DNA of 64,000 nucleotides from an uncultured Gammaproteobacteria bacterium (GCA_964524845.1 CAZGFX010000001.1:293034-357033), one strand, 5' to 3'. Positions 39,201-48,694 are shown, counted from the first letter of the stretch. The notes: generated from the sequence alone by a model not told the origin. Made by a program: numbers and translations.

Positions 39201-40072
39201 GGTGTTTTTATAAACGAACCAAAGTCATCTTTTGTTTCTTGTTTCGTTTTATTTTTCGCACTAGATCTAGAAAACCCTGGTACCGAGACGGCTTTTCTTC
39301 CTGTAATAGGGTCGTATCTTCCTCCTGATGATATTGAAAATATAGTTCTTGATGGTTTTTTAATAGTTTTGTTTTCTGATTCTTTTTTATTAACTGAAGT
39401 TTCTGTTTTTGGCGCGTTTTTCTTCTCAATAACAGCAATAATTTCCTCTATGATCGCGTCAATATCATCAAGGTGTTTTTTATATTCCTTGTTTTCAACG
39501 ATTGTAATAATATTACGCAAAATTCCTGCTTGATTTATATAATACGCAAGTTCTGGGCTTTCAAGATCAAAATCTCCACGAATGTCTCTTACTCTATCCA
39601 GAAAAGACGTCATATCTTTTTTCATCTGCGCCATATCTTTTAAAAACGCTGTTGCTACATCTTCCGCGATGGCTTTTAATTTTCTTTCAATCTTGTTAAT
39701 TGTCTTTTTTATATCATCTGTATTAGAAATAATTTTTTCGTTACTTTCGTCTTCTATAATATTAAAATACTCTCTTCTTTTTTCCGCTAATCGCATAAGA
39801 AGATCCTCTTTCGTTCCTGTTTTTATATTTCTCAGGTCTTTCTCTATCAAATCAAGCCTGTTTTTTAATAACAAAGCTCGCGACACATTGTCGATATCGC
39901 CTTCTTTTACAAATCCTATTTCTTTTGAGGCAACACCTTCTTTTACAATATCTAAAATCTCCGCTAATTTTTTTGTAGCATCTTCCTCGATCGACACGGG
40001 TTCCATAACAGACGTTTCAGGAGAAGTTGTCGGAATGCCGATTTCTATATGTTTTTTTTCTTCGATATTCAT
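36206..40072 (-). CDS. Giant (1288 aa) Lys/Glu-rich coiled-coil protein of unknown function.
   Basis: Continuous ORF with extreme K/E/D content and long heptad-like stretches. No NTPase motifs seen. Confidence 0.7.
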   Translation of the reverse strand: MNIEEKKHIEIGIPTTSPETSVMEPVSIEEDATKKLAEILDIVKEGVASKEIGFVKEGDIDNVSRALLLKNRLDLIEKDLRNIKTGTKEDLLMRLAEKRREYFNIIEDESNEKIISNTDDIKKTINKIERKLKAIAEDVATAFLKDMAQMKKDMTSFLDRVRDIRGDFDLESPELAYYINQAGILRNIITIVENKEYKKHLDDIDAIIEEIIAVIEKKNAPKTETSVNKKESENKTIKKPSRTIFSISSGGRYDPITGRKAVSVPGFSRSSAKNKTKQETKDDFGSFIKTPTIDKGDFDDLDLGENTAISEGFEENQKRGDFVSKLSEEYGEKEKTSEELLSDLIKASADKEFLEENTKNTISENEQKIDKDTKEIEGKTNLLQQEMSEKQPETELPVIETSVDTNIETKTETPIISPEDKKVVENKIYSFIKQGVLRGTGAKFWVDAYDAIYNKSGDIRTFLDERKEIGKEKERIQEAMNMVLEYAQKRRAEKEASGIEVSAFIKKENREKEETETQKALRESIEEYKTAIKESTKLPEEKKEELEKQLAYMIAEHTNNQQRLGFRTSMKQSSVLTHYLESKVKTIDVVKNAITGILTPLSLITGPIGRGVRGAVYAGISLYQKGKGESTEYNIKGQKQKYLRRKIETLEKLKGNEEKRAEILARHEVIVNKEKHKLSKEDFDEEGNPVSEKAKEVIGSLKTIKMNRFFEIQKEKEKAIEEKVINTKTGKRDFFSTEELITKEKEERSSRIGTIMKGYGKSTFETARALFGRGFSSESTTKGRDFAQALGRVATGVGIAGPVVYDLLHKFFGEDIDVSFKSNAIVEAQEKIEKTINEENNLDVSAKENVEKQLDEVKKLVDQKQEIIQKLSEEHNATSSGGGLENIIKPTEHTVLTAPVETTLETTNISHGDIVNEVKETNLSTLKPIEVQAGDSMWKIINKEVAEQVKFRGMLGYKLLGLSENDFDSEGMPLTEDAQHTVDRLTAEILHQNHISDKLIIHPGDDVTVEYDADMHRNIIKINGEEIHTPIEKDEIVSKTIETKDIGTKNNISSDEIHKDQTLETKGGGSVDDKNIIDENAKKDVGTTAKEDIIDKKEVKTTGEKTDKVVETTDKKDVIDTKGKTDLAKETVDTKGSATLDSKFVVEKNDFKIEEGNIVITPKGMKIDLDEYSSGAEKIEADYFNKSDNVLLTMDKGNGVKECLLLDQLGGRKLDIVFGKDGLHPGDNIMISGQRIETEDSFKNMSLSGKYPNVIIDGKKAILKITETGLFAKKQGEKIDIPIARFDE

Positions 40073-40076
40073 AAGT

Positions 40077-40427
40077 TTAGGTTGTTTGTAATGTACGCAT
40101 AAGACCTCGTATACGTCCTATTAGTTCTTCATCAAGCGAGATTGATTGCGCAACATGATCTTGCTCGATCTGATCGAGCTCGGCACGAAAAATCTCATCT
40201 ACTTCTTTTGTTTCTTGTTCGAGATATGCCGCCTCAAGTGCAATCATAAAATCTTCCGCTTGTTTCCTTTCCATAAGCGGAACACTTTCAATTAAAGTAC
40301 TTTTAACATCGTTTGGAACCTGCAACGCACTAATATAAAACGCGAGCTTGCGCCCTAGAATTTCTTCTTGGGTTTCATATGTCTTTACATCATCACCTTG
40401 TGTTTGAACAGCTGTTTGCATGGCCAC
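40077..40427 (-). CDS. Hypothetical acidic small protein, translationally coupled to the giant coiled-coil gene.
   Basis: 116 aa. Its stop lies 4 nt before the start of the 36206..40072 gene. Confidence 0.55.
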   Translation of the reverse strand: MAMQTAVQTQGDDVKTYETQEEILGRKLAFYISALQVPNDVKSTLIESVPLMERKQAEDFMIALEAAYLEQETKEVDEIFRAELDQIEQDHVAQSISLDEELIGRIRGLMRTLQTT

Positions 40428-40451
40428 ATTATACTATTTTTTATTGCTTAT

Positions 40452-40499
40452 CGCAAAAAACACCGGGCCGATGAAATCGGCCCGGTGGCTTCTTTTTTA
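40452..40499. terminator. Terminator (CACCGGGCCGAT-GAA-ATCGGCCCGGTG) with T-runs on both strands.
   Basis: 12-bp perfect GC-rich stem, downstream of the anti-sigma gene on the minus strand. Confidence 0.7.
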
Positions 40500-40558
40500 C
40501 TACATTTCTACATCAAGTTTTCGCAGACAGATGAAACAAATCAGTTTTTTTAATTAAT

Positions 40559-42262
40559 TTAATTTTCTGGCTCAGCAGAACCCGCGCCACCTTCAACAGA
40601 AGATTCTGGCGATACGGGATTAATTGATGGAAGTGTTTCTATAATGCCTGATTTTTCAATAAGCGGAACCACTCCTCCTCCAGATATTTTCTCATCAAGA
40701 ATTTCTTTCACAATAGGAACAACTATATTTTTCTGATAGAAGGGTTGATCACCGGGAATATTACTCAAAGGAAAAACAAGTGCAGGAACAAATAAATCAT
40801 CTCCTGTTCCTTTTTCATAATTATACTTAAAATATCTCATATACATGAGAGATGGTGTACCCAGATTAATATCGTGTATATTTGCTCCGCTAGGGCCATA
40901 GAACATACCAAACGTGTTTCCTCCCTGCTCAGCAAAATTAATTATCTTTTTCACATCCTTCTCGACAGCATAAGACGACCCCTCATAAGTCTGTGTTGTA
41001 ATCGAATTTACATTCGTTACTTTCTTTTGTCGTATGTCAATTGAAATATTGATTCCATATGATATACCGGAATCTTCAAAAACTTTTTTTCCATCAATCA
41101 AAAGTGGAAATGACACACTCATTGATTCTGGTATATATACAGAGCTCTTATCCTGAGCTGTTTCATACATAATTCTCCAATCGTCCGAAACTTCCGGATC
41201 CCCATAATATGACATATCTATTCCTTTTTCTATGACAAATTGTTTTGCAATAGAAATAAGTTCATCATTAGAAAGAACTTCTGATGGCTTGATTCCATCA
41301 TATGGCTGAATACAACGCACAGCGTCACCACCACATCTCGTGGCATCAGACTGTGGCCAACGTAACCAGTTTTGTGATATAAAAACAACTCCTTCATCAA
41401 ATTGAGCATTGATAATATATCCGAAATCTTCGTCTTGAGCAGTCTCAATCATTCGCAAACGATTGTTTGTGAATTTTTTTAAATCAATGCCAGGAAGTTT
41501 GAATCCGGAAATAAGTTTGATCACATCTGTCGGACGTTCCGTTGATTTGATTCTTCGAAGAACAGAAAGCTCGTCTTCATTAATTGTTATTGGGTCTCCT
41601 TTGTAAACAAATCTATATGAAGGATACTCGTATGGTGGCATAGAACTTCCTTGTGAGCCATCAGATACGGCACTTCCTGAAACAGGAGCCGATGGTGAAG
41701 CTGATGTTCCACCACCACCTCCGAAACCCTCAACAACATTAGTAGAAACATTGTCTCTAACGCTATCATTTCCAAACGATCTTGATACTGCAATATCACG
41801 AGTCGGAGCAACAGAAGATAATGTCTCTTTTGTTCCCAAGAAACCTGAACCACCCTCGGTTTTAAGAGATCCAAATGCGTTTTTTGCAATAGTACGAACC
41901 TCTTGTTTCACTGGTCCGAGCGCGAGATCACTCTCAATAGGAAGTGGTGGTCGCGAGAATCTGTAATACATTATAGGTATCAAAAGTACTGCGCATATCG
42001 CCGCGCCGCTAACAACATAAAAAAACTTTTTCATACTATGAAATTGTGAGAGCAGTGAAACCGGTGGTTTTGCCGCGACTGAAACGGCGGCGCGGCTCAT
42101 AAGCTCTGATCGAACACGCTTCACAAAATTTTCATCACACTTCGTATCAGGACGAGCGGATATCATTCGCTCAAGCACAGAAACAACTTCTTGTTCATGC
42201 TCACGAAGCGAAGGATCTATTAAATATAGTTCATCGAGAATTGTGCGAAGCTTGTTATCCAT
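40559..42262 (-). CDS. Putative anti-sigma factor with a cytoplasmic N-domain, a single TM helix and a large extracytoplasmic domain.
   Basis: Its start is 2 nt downstream of the stop of the ECF sigma gene at 42264. Topology is N-terminal ~90 aa, then FFYVVSGAAICAVLLIPIMYY (TM), then a ~450-aa outside domain. No family signature seen. Confidence 0.55.
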   Translation of the reverse strand: MDNKLRTILDELYLIDPSLREHEQEVVSVLERMISARPDTKCDENFVKRVRSELMSRAAVSVAAKPPVSLLSQFHSMKKFFYVVSGAAICAVLLIPIMYYRFSRPPLPIESDLALGPVKQEVRTIAKNAFGSLKTEGGSGFLGTKETLSSVAPTRDIAVSRSFGNDSVRDNVSTNVVEGFGGGGGTSASPSAPVSGSAVSDGSQGSSMPPYEYPSYRFVYKGDPITINEDELSVLRRIKSTERPTDVIKLISGFKLPGIDLKKFTNNRLRMIETAQDEDFGYIINAQFDEGVVFISQNWLRWPQSDATRCGGDAVRCIQPYDGIKPSEVLSNDELISIAKQFVIEKGIDMSYYGDPEVSDDWRIMYETAQDKSSVYIPESMSVSFPLLIDGKKVFEDSGISYGINISIDIRQKKVTNVNSITTQTYEGSSYAVEKDVKKIINFAEQGGNTFGMFYGPSGANIHDINLGTPSLMYMRYFKYNYEKGTGDDLFVPALVFPLSNIPGDQPFYQKNIVVPIVKEILDEKISGGGVVPLIEKSGIIETLPSINPVSPESSVEGGAGSAEPEN

Positions 42263-42263
42263 A

Positions 42264-42824
42264 TTATTTATATTTGGTTAGGATTAAAATTATAAAAAGA
42301 ATAAGTGGCATGGTTGAGCGAAGTTCCGAGAGAGTGCGAGAAAAAATCATCTTACAATTCGCCTCGCTCTTCCCCACTATATTTGCAATCTCATTATATG
42401 ACATGTCTTGCCATACACGCATGGTAAGTATGTCGCGCTGAACCGAAGAAAGTTTTTTTATGTATGGTTCAAGCGCGCTTATTTGTATCGAGATATCAGC
42501 GTCTTTTTCTATTGAAGAATCTTCTGAGAGATCCCAAACATCATCTATGTTTTTCTCTTCTTTTTTGCTTCGATAAAAATCAATAACTGTGTTTCTCGCA
42601 ATCGTATAGAGCCAAGATGAAAAACTTCCTTTAGATAAATCAAAATCATTTATATGTTCTAGCGCCTTCATAAAAGTCTGGCTTGTGAGATCTTCTGCGG
42701 TATGTGTGTGGTGTGTTTTATAATAAATGAAATCATAAATTCGCCTCACGTACATATCATACAGAGTGCCAAACGCCTCAGTAGAACCATTTCGATACTG
42801 CGTTATAAGCTCGATATCAGTCAT
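42264..42824 (-). CDS. ECF-type RNA polymerase sigma factor (sigma-70 regions 2 and 4).
   Basis: Region 2 (YDMYVRRIYDFIYYK...AEDLTSQTFMKALEHINDF) and region 4 (LSSVQRDILTMRVWQDMSYNEIANIVGKSEANCKMIFSRTLSEL). Confidence 0.85.
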   Translation of the reverse strand: MTDIELITQYRNGSTEAFGTLYDMYVRRIYDFIYYKTHHTHTAEDLTSQTFMKALEHINDFDLSKGSFSSWLYTIARNTVIDFYRSKKEEKNIDDVWDLSEDSSIEKDADISIQISALEPYIKKLSSVQRDILTMRVWQDMSYNEIANIVGKSEANCKMIFSRTLSELRSTMPLILFIILILTKYK

Positions 42825-43089
42825 GATCGTATTAATCCGTTTTTAGTATCTGAAGTAATAATACTGGAGTAATGATAATCAACGCAATACTCAAAATCAT
42901 ATATGTGTATAGAAGTTTAAAAACCAATAATGAAGGAACGGGCAAAAGCGCCCATGTTCGCCCTTCTTTTTTCTTTTTACAAAAGAAGTCGCCCGAACCT
43001 TCTTATTATATATACGAATTGGAAACGAAAAAGTAACGCCACAAATCAGTTTTACGACATGTTTTTGACTTAAATACAATTTTTTATGA

Positions 43090-43118
43090 TTGACATATAA
43101 AAACATTAGGTTTAATCT
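43090..43118 (+). promoter_or_regulatory. Candidate sigma-70 promoter TTGACA-N17-TAATCT upstream of the 43192 gene.
   Basis: Consensus -35 at 43090..43095. The GGAGGA RBS lies 5 nt before ATG 43192. Confidence 0.35.
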
Positions 43119-43191
43119 TATATGAAAAATGTTTTTAAAATTTCTTAAAATAATAACTAAACAGTTCCTTTAAAAGGGACAGGAGGATGTA

Positions 43192-44682
43192 ATGAGAAAG
43201 TTTTCTGAAAAAGATGATGTAAAAGTAGAGCTTCTTTTTCCAAAAAAAGAACACATTGACCTCGCTGGATTTATAAACACTGTTGCGAAAACATGTTACG
43301 AACCAGAAATACCTATGGATGAAAATGGTGATATAGGTGTTCCGCTTAGTAAAAGACTTGATATATTTAAACAACTTTATATGCCACAACATCACACAAC
43401 GATGGAACATATAAACTTTTCTTTCGCTATAGAGGGAACTTCTGTGAGCAGCGTAACATTTGGTTTACACCTTGTGCATCCATTCTATGTATCAGATCAA
43501 AGAAGTGGACGATTCTGTGGAAAAATGTTTGAAAATCCCGATATCGAAAAATTAATGAAGTATGTAAAATCTTCTCTTCATATTTCTCTAGATAAAGTTA
43601 ATATGTACGAAACATATATTAGAAGAAGTCTTGAGTACTATAATTCTTTGCTTCCTGAAGCTACTGAAATCGCAAAAAAACTTATCAAAAAAGAACGTCC
43701 GAACGCAAGTGAAAAATATATTGAGATAAATGCTCCGAAAATGGCACAAGAACAAGCAAGAATGCTTATTCCGACCATATTTCCAACAGGACTTGTATAT
43801 ACGACTAATTTTATTGGGTTGGCTTCTCTTTTTGCCACATCGTGGTCATTTGAGCTTGATCGTATTGTTGAGCTGATGAGAGATGAGTTTTTAAAACAGT
43901 GGCCTGAGTTTGAATTCGGGTTTCAAGAACTTCTTGATATGTCCCGCACAGATGGAAAAACCTTTATAAAAACACAAGGACCTCTTTTTGATTGGGAAAG
44001 AACAAAATTGCCTTTTGATATCAGAACTAAGAATTTCTTAAAATACGAACCTGAAGCAAAAGCAATTGAAATAGACGCCGACAAGTTTGTGTCACCCAAA
44101 TCAAACAGCCATTTACACCCGCTTGATCTTCTTCAGTATAATCCTGAATATATGGATAATTCTTTGTATGGATTAGAAAGCTGGGCAAAAATGTCTGTTG
44201 CTACAATGGGTCAGGACCAGAGACACAGGACGATAAAAAGAACGTTTCCTGTTCTTACAGGAGAGTTTTATTGCCCTCCTATACTCAGAGAAATGGGAAA
44301 ATTTGCTACACTTGCAATTGCAGAGGTTGCCGACAGGTGGGTTGAATTAACCGACGGTTATGATGATGCTATTTTTAGCATGATTCCTTACGGAGCGATG
44401 GTATCATACAATAAAAAAGCATCTTTTAATGCACTTATTCATGAACAGGAAAAAAGACTCTGCTTCTGCGCTCAAGAAGAAATTTATAACCTTAACAGAA
44501 AACTAATGTTAAGCGTAGATAAAAAACTAAAAAAACACGAGAACCGAGGTACAATATTAATGGATGTTTTTGAGCCGCCGTGTCACAGAACAGGAAGATG
44601 TAATGAAGGTGGTCGATATTGTGGAAAGATAATCGGAAGACCAAATAAAAACGAACGAATAAACCCGATACGACAAGTATAA
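43192..44682 (+). CDS. ThyX-like protein (FAD-dependent thymidylate synthase fold, long two-part form) with a divergent active-site region.
   Basis: HHTTMEHINFSFAIEGTSVSSVTFGLHLVHPFYVSDQRSGRF aligns with the ThyX core ([38 protein letters not shown]), but RHR is replaced by HLVHP. A true RHR (QDQRHRTIKR) lies in the second half. Confidence 0.45.
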   Translation: MRKFSEKDDVKVELLFPKKEHIDLAGFINTVAKTCYEPEIPMDENGDIGVPLSKRLDIFKQLYMPQHHTTMEHINFSFAIEGTSVSSVTFGLHLVHPFYVSDQRSGRFCGKMFENPDIEKLMKYVKSSLHISLDKVNMYETYIRRSLEYYNSLLPEATEIAKKLIKKERPNASEKYIEINAPKMAQEQARMLIPTIFPTGLVYTTNFIGLASLFATSWSFELDRIVELMRDEFLKQWPEFEFGFQELLDMSRTDGKTFIKTQGPLFDWERTKLPFDIRTKNFLKYEPEAKAIEIDADKFVSPKSNSHLHPLDLLQYNPEYMDNSLYGLESWAKMSVATMGQDQRHRTIKRTFPVLTGEFYCPPILREMGKFATLAIAEVADRWVELTDGYDDAIFSMIPYGAMVSYNKKASFNALIHEQEKRLCFCAQEEIYNLNRKLMLSVDKKLKKHENRGTILMDVFEPPCHRTGRCNEGGRYCGKIIGRPNKNERINPIRQV

Positions 44683-44740
44683 AAAAACAACCAAGGATTA
44701 ATCGGTATCAATCTTTGGTTAAAGAAAAAACAATAACACA

Positions 44741-44787
44741 CAAAAACAAAAAAGCGCCCGTTAAAAAACGAGTGCTTTTTTATTTTG
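44741..44787. terminator. Bidirectional terminator between the ThyX-like and RRM genes.
   Basis: Hairpin GCGCCCGTT-loop-AACGAGTGC flanked by A-run and T-run. Confidence 0.5.
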
Positions 44788-44798
44788 TACGAATGGAA

Positions 44799-45134
44799 TT
44801 ATTCGCGATCGAAACGACGTGGGCGTCCTCCGCCAAAACCACCTCTTCCACCACCACCGCCTGTGCGTTGTGGACGATCTTCCATAGGACGAGCTTCTGA
44901 CACGACGAGTGTTCGTCCGCCAAAATCCTGTCCATTGTACATGTTAATTGCTGCATCAGCATCTTCGTCATTTGTCATCTCAACGAATCCAAATCCTTTT
45001 GAGCGACCTGACATGCGATCAGTAATAATACGTGCTGATTCTACAGCGCCGGCTTTTGCAAACGCTTCCTGCAGTTCCGCTTCGGTCACTGCATATGGAA
45101 GGCCGCCGACATATAATCTCTTTGCCATAAACAT
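44799..45134 (-). CDS. Glycine-rich RNA-binding protein (RRM domain).
   Basis: RNP-2 LYVGGL, RNP-1 KGFGFVEM, C-terminal RGG/GGG tail. 111 aa. Confidence 0.85.
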   Translation of the reverse strand: MFMAKRLYVGGLPYAVTEAELQEAFAKAGAVESARIITDRMSGRSKGFGFVEMTNDEDADAAINMYNGQDFGGRTLVVSEARPMEDRPQRTGGGGGRGGFGGGRPRRFDRE

Positions 45135-45308
45135 TTTGTTAATAAGTATTGTAAGCGGAAATCTCTTTTACATAATCGTCCTACTTACTTAAAAACAGAA
45201 TGTTTCCTAAGCACAATAGATTCTCGATTGAGATATTGCTCACAATGGGTTTAGTCTACACGAATTTTCAGGTTTGTCAACAAGCCTTATTTATGGCATT
45301 ATAAGCCA

Positions 45309-46604
45309 TTATATTCCTTCGTTATAATCGCTTGTAAACTCATTTGGTGTATGTTGATCTCTGTTTGTTCTCTCTTTTATAATGAAAAAGAAGACTCCCC
45401 AAGCAAAAAACGTGACCACACTTGCGAGAATAATTGGCAAATGAACATGAATCACAGTCACAATTCCCGCAATCACTGGCGGAAGAATCTGAGCAAGTGA
45501 TTGAAATGATTGTGTGATACCAAGAATCTCTCCTTGAGAATCATCGTCTGCCATATTTGAAATAAACGCCGTTGTATTCGGGTGCACAAGTCCTTGTGCA
45601 ATGGCAATGATTGGAATCATAATAAATAGAGTATAGTGTTGATGCGCAAACAAAGGAAGAAGCAGACTCACAGCAAGTACAAGTGGCGCGACACGAAGCA
45701 CTTGTCTCGGTGAAAAACGTTTCGAAATCGGTTTCACAAAAAAAGCTTGCGCAAGCACAATCCACAGACCTGCGTATGCGAAAAAATTACCAATTTGCGC
45801 CTGAGAAAAATCAAATCGTTTTATAAGAAAAACTTGAAAAAACTGGGTAAAAAAATTAATTCCCATACATAGGAGAAACACAACAGCAAATGCGGCGTGG
45901 GCGTGCTGAATATGAAATGCTCGAAGAATATTTTTTACTCCTGCAAACGCATCTATTTTCGTCAGGACACGAAGCACGAGTGTTTCTCTGAAATAAAATA
46001 AAATAAGTATTAGATTTATGAATGCGAGTATAGCCGCACACCATAGTGGCGTCGCATATCCAAACAATCCTCCATACGAAGACTCGGATAAAACCCCACC
46101 AATATAAGGACCTGCGATAAGTCCTAGTCCGAACGCGGCATGCACCAATCCGAAATTATGCGCTTTTGTTTCAGGAGTACTCCTATCAGCAATCGCGGAA
46201 AGAGCTATCGACATGTTACCACCTGTAAATCCATCGAGAAGACGACTAAAAAACAACAGAGGAATGCTTCCGATCAGCACGCCCACTCCAGCGCATGCAT
46301 ATCCGATAACCGTGCCCGCTATAGATAAAATCAATATCTTCCTCCTTCCTACTCTATCAGAAAGCGCGCCGAGAATCGGCGCGCCAAAAAACTGAGCCAG
46401 AGGAAAAGCAGCAATAATAAGCCCGAGCAAAACAGTTTTAACTCCAAAGGGAGTAGCAGGAGAAAAAATTTGGTGATCTCCAGTAAGAAAAAGTGGCGCT
46501 AATATCGGGATGACTATTCCGAGTCCGAGCATATCGATAAACACCACCAGAAGCAGTGGTGCAATCGATTGTCTTTTTATAGGAATTGTTTGAGAAGATT
46601 CCAT
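45309..46604 (-). CDS. MFS transporter (drug/H+ antiporter-like).
   Basis: 431 aa, 12 TM helices. MFS motif A-like GALSDRVGRRKIL. Confidence 0.85.
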   Translation of the reverse strand: MESSQTIPIKRQSIAPLLLVVFIDMLGLGIVIPILAPLFLTGDHQIFSPATPFGVKTVLLGLIIAAFPLAQFFGAPILGALSDRVGRRKILILSIAGTVIGYACAGVGVLIGSIPLLFFSRLLDGFTGGNMSIALSAIADRSTPETKAHNFGLVHAAFGLGLIAGPYIGGVLSESSYGGLFGYATPLWCAAILAFINLILILFYFRETLVLRVLTKIDAFAGVKNILRAFHIQHAHAAFAVVFLLCMGINFFTQFFQVFLIKRFDFSQAQIGNFFAYAGLWIVLAQAFFVKPISKRFSPRQVLRVAPLVLAVSLLLPLFAHQHYTLFIMIPIIAIAQGLVHPNTTAFISNMADDDSQGEILGITQSFQSLAQILPPVIAGIVTVIHVHLPIILASVVTFFAWGVFFFIIKERTNRDQHTPNEFTSDYNEGI

Positions 46605-46667
46605 ACTTAATTATATCGCCTTCAACTCGTATACAAACGAGATGAAAATAAAAGAGCGATATAAATT

Positions 46668-47348
46668 TTATGCCTGTTGCGATTGTTTTGGAGCTTCTGA
46701 AACAAAAGGAGTGTTTCCACCGCCTTTTTGAATAAGACGATAAACATATGCGGTTGCAATCATAACAATCGGAACAGCAACGATCAATCCGACGAAGAAG
46801 ATAGCGAGACCGATAAGTTCTATAATCATTACAACAATCCAAAAACCAAACAGTGTCCACTTGTATCCATCTGTTATCTGTCCGCTCATTTTCATTGACT
46901 CCATAACACCCATTTTCTTATCAATAACAAGATAAGGAGCAAACTGATATTTCAACATCCAGATAAACCCCGGAACAATGATAAGTATGAAACCGACCAT
47001 TGTGACAATTCCGTACAGAATATTTGTCAGAAAAAATTTCCACAAAACATTCCAAAAGAACGCTTCATTTCCGGAAATTTCTTTCCAAGACACACTCTTT
47101 CCATCAACAACACGAAGTGAAATCCACATAAGAGCCGCTGTAAAAACAAAAATTATAACTAGATATACTATCTGGAAAACGAACAAAAGTAACATGTTTG
47201 ACTTAACAACGTCCGAACCCATTAAAAGATTAAACAAGAGCACAACAACAAATAATACAGCTGTAAACGAAAGAAGAAACTGGAGATGTTTCTTGGTCAT
47301 ATTCCAACCAAACATAACAGCTTCTTTATACGAAAATGTTTTTGACAT
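46668..47348 (-). CDS. Hypothetical integral membrane protein.
   Basis: 226 aa, ~5 TM helices. Confidence 0.55.
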   Translation of the reverse strand: MSKTFSYKEAVMFGWNMTKKHLQFLLSFTAVLFVVVLLFNLLMGSDVVKSNMLLLFVFQIVYLVIIFVFTAALMWISLRVVDGKSVSWKEISGNEAFFWNVLWKFFLTNILYGIVTMVGFILIIVPGFIWMLKYQFAPYLVIDKKMGVMESMKMSGQITDGYKWTLFGFWIVVMIIELIGLAIFFVGLIVAVPIVMIATAYVYRLIQKGGGNTPFVSEAPKQSQQA

Positions 47349-47475
47349 ATAATTGATTTTTTATATAACGAATGTAGTATACGCTTTCATAAGCCAAAAA
47401 ACAAGGCTTATTACTCTTGTTTTGTTTTATAAAATATAAAAGACCTCCTTATTAAAGAGATCTTTTTATGATATT

Positions 47476-48207
47476 TTAGCTTGCGACAAGAACCGTTTTT
47501 GATTCTTTGTGTTGTTTGTCGGTTTGTTCGTTAATTATTTTCAAACCGAATCGCGGGGTATCTTTTGAAATAAGTCTTAAGAAATTTTCGTAGCAGATAA
47601 TTTCTGTTATGCTGATTTTTGAAAGTCCGCACATTGTCGAAACACGACTCCCTCTCATATCAGACCCATCAAATACGATCAAACTTCCTTTTACAGCATC
47701 GTCCATAATCAGATTTGAAAGATGAGCGTTTCGACACTCAATATTCTTAATCGTTACTGCAGACCACTTCATCTGAGGAGCAAATATGGCGTCAAAGCTC
47801 GTGTTTACAACGGATCCTTTTTTAAAAGAGATTCGTTTCATATTTTTGTTTCCGCGAAATGACATGGCCGTCATGGTACATCTGTTAAAAACAGCGTCGT
47901 TCCAAATCGTATTAAACGCTTTGCCACACGTACTTATATCACACTCTATGAAACGTGATCCCGAAAAATCAGCGTGTGATATATTACACGATCCGATAGT
48001 ACAATTCCTAAAATTGCTTTGCCGGAAACTGATATATGATAGATCCATGCCAGTAAAATCAACTCTATCAAAAAATCTTTTCGACATATCAATTGTGTGT
48101 CCAAAAATTCTGCAATGAACAAAAATTATAACGCGACCAAAAGATGTGTTTTTCCACGCAATTATCTTTTCAACGTCTTCTCGTGATGTCATTTTCTTTT
48201 TTTTCAT
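47476..48207 (-). CDS. Pentapeptide-repeat protein.
   Basis: Tandem A(D/N)LxX-type pentapeptides (VDFTGMDLSYISFRQSNFRNCTIGSCNISHADFSGSRFIECDIS). Confidence 0.6.
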   Translation of the reverse strand: MKKKKMTSREDVEKIIAWKNTSFGRVIIFVHCRIFGHTIDMSKRFFDRVDFTGMDLSYISFRQSNFRNCTIGSCNISHADFSGSRFIECDISTCGKAFNTIWNDAVFNRCTMTAMSFRGNKNMKRISFKKGSVVNTSFDAIFAPQMKWSAVTIKNIECRNAHLSNLIMDDAVKGSLIVFDGSDMRGSRVSTMCGLSKISITEIICYENFLRLISKDTPRFGLKIINEQTDKQHKESKTVLVAS

Positions 48208-48454
48208 CGTTTCTCCTATATTGTTTTAATTTTTATTTCTTTGTGTTATTTTTGCGTATAATACTATTTTTATAACTTTTGTCAAGACTTTTTATGAGAA
48301 AATTGTGAGTTCTTTCGTGTTTTGTACATAAAACATTCCATATAAATATATAAACAATTGATAAAAAACGTATTTTCCACTATACTTACATATAAATAAA
48401 CGTGATTGGAAAATAATAAAACACAATAATAAAAAAACAAAAAGGAGTTCTTTT

Positions 48455-48694
48455 ATGGAAACATGTAGCTCGGTCGTAAGTAAAAAAGAAAAGTCGTGGG
48501 AAGAGAAACAAAAGGATGTGTTTTTTGAAAATTATTTTGGAGAAGACCAACATTGTATATGCTGCTGTAAGCCGTCAGTATATTCCGTATCTATCGGAAC
48601 GAAGTCCGTATATTGCTGTGCTAATACTACTTGCAAGGGATTGGCAGAAGCGATTGTTCGTGACCGAAACAAAAAAATAAACTCTCTAAACTAA
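48455..48694 (+). CDS. Small Cys-rich hypothetical protein (CICCCKPS...YCCANTTCKG).
   Basis: 79-aa ORF with AAAAGGAG RBS 7 nt upstream. It has 8 Cys. Confidence 0.35.
   Translation: METCSSVVSKKEKSWEEKQKDVFFENYFGEDQHCICCCKPSVYSVSIGTKSVYCCANTTCKGLAEAIVRDRNKKINSLN

Noticed and set aside
36449-40091. Multiple + strand ORFs (for example 36594..36893, 37734..38075, 39582..40091) inside the giant minus-strand gene.
   Set aside because: These are antisense ORFs generated by the low-complexity K/E-rich coding sequence, giving Ser/Phe/Leu-rich mirror translations. They are not independent genes.
42897-43410. Minus-strand ORFs 42897..43106 and 43135..43410 in the sigma/ThyX-like divergent intergenic region.
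   Set aside because: They are AT-rich and low-complexity (Phe/Lys/Tyr-rich) and overlap the predicted promoters and RBS of the flanking genes.
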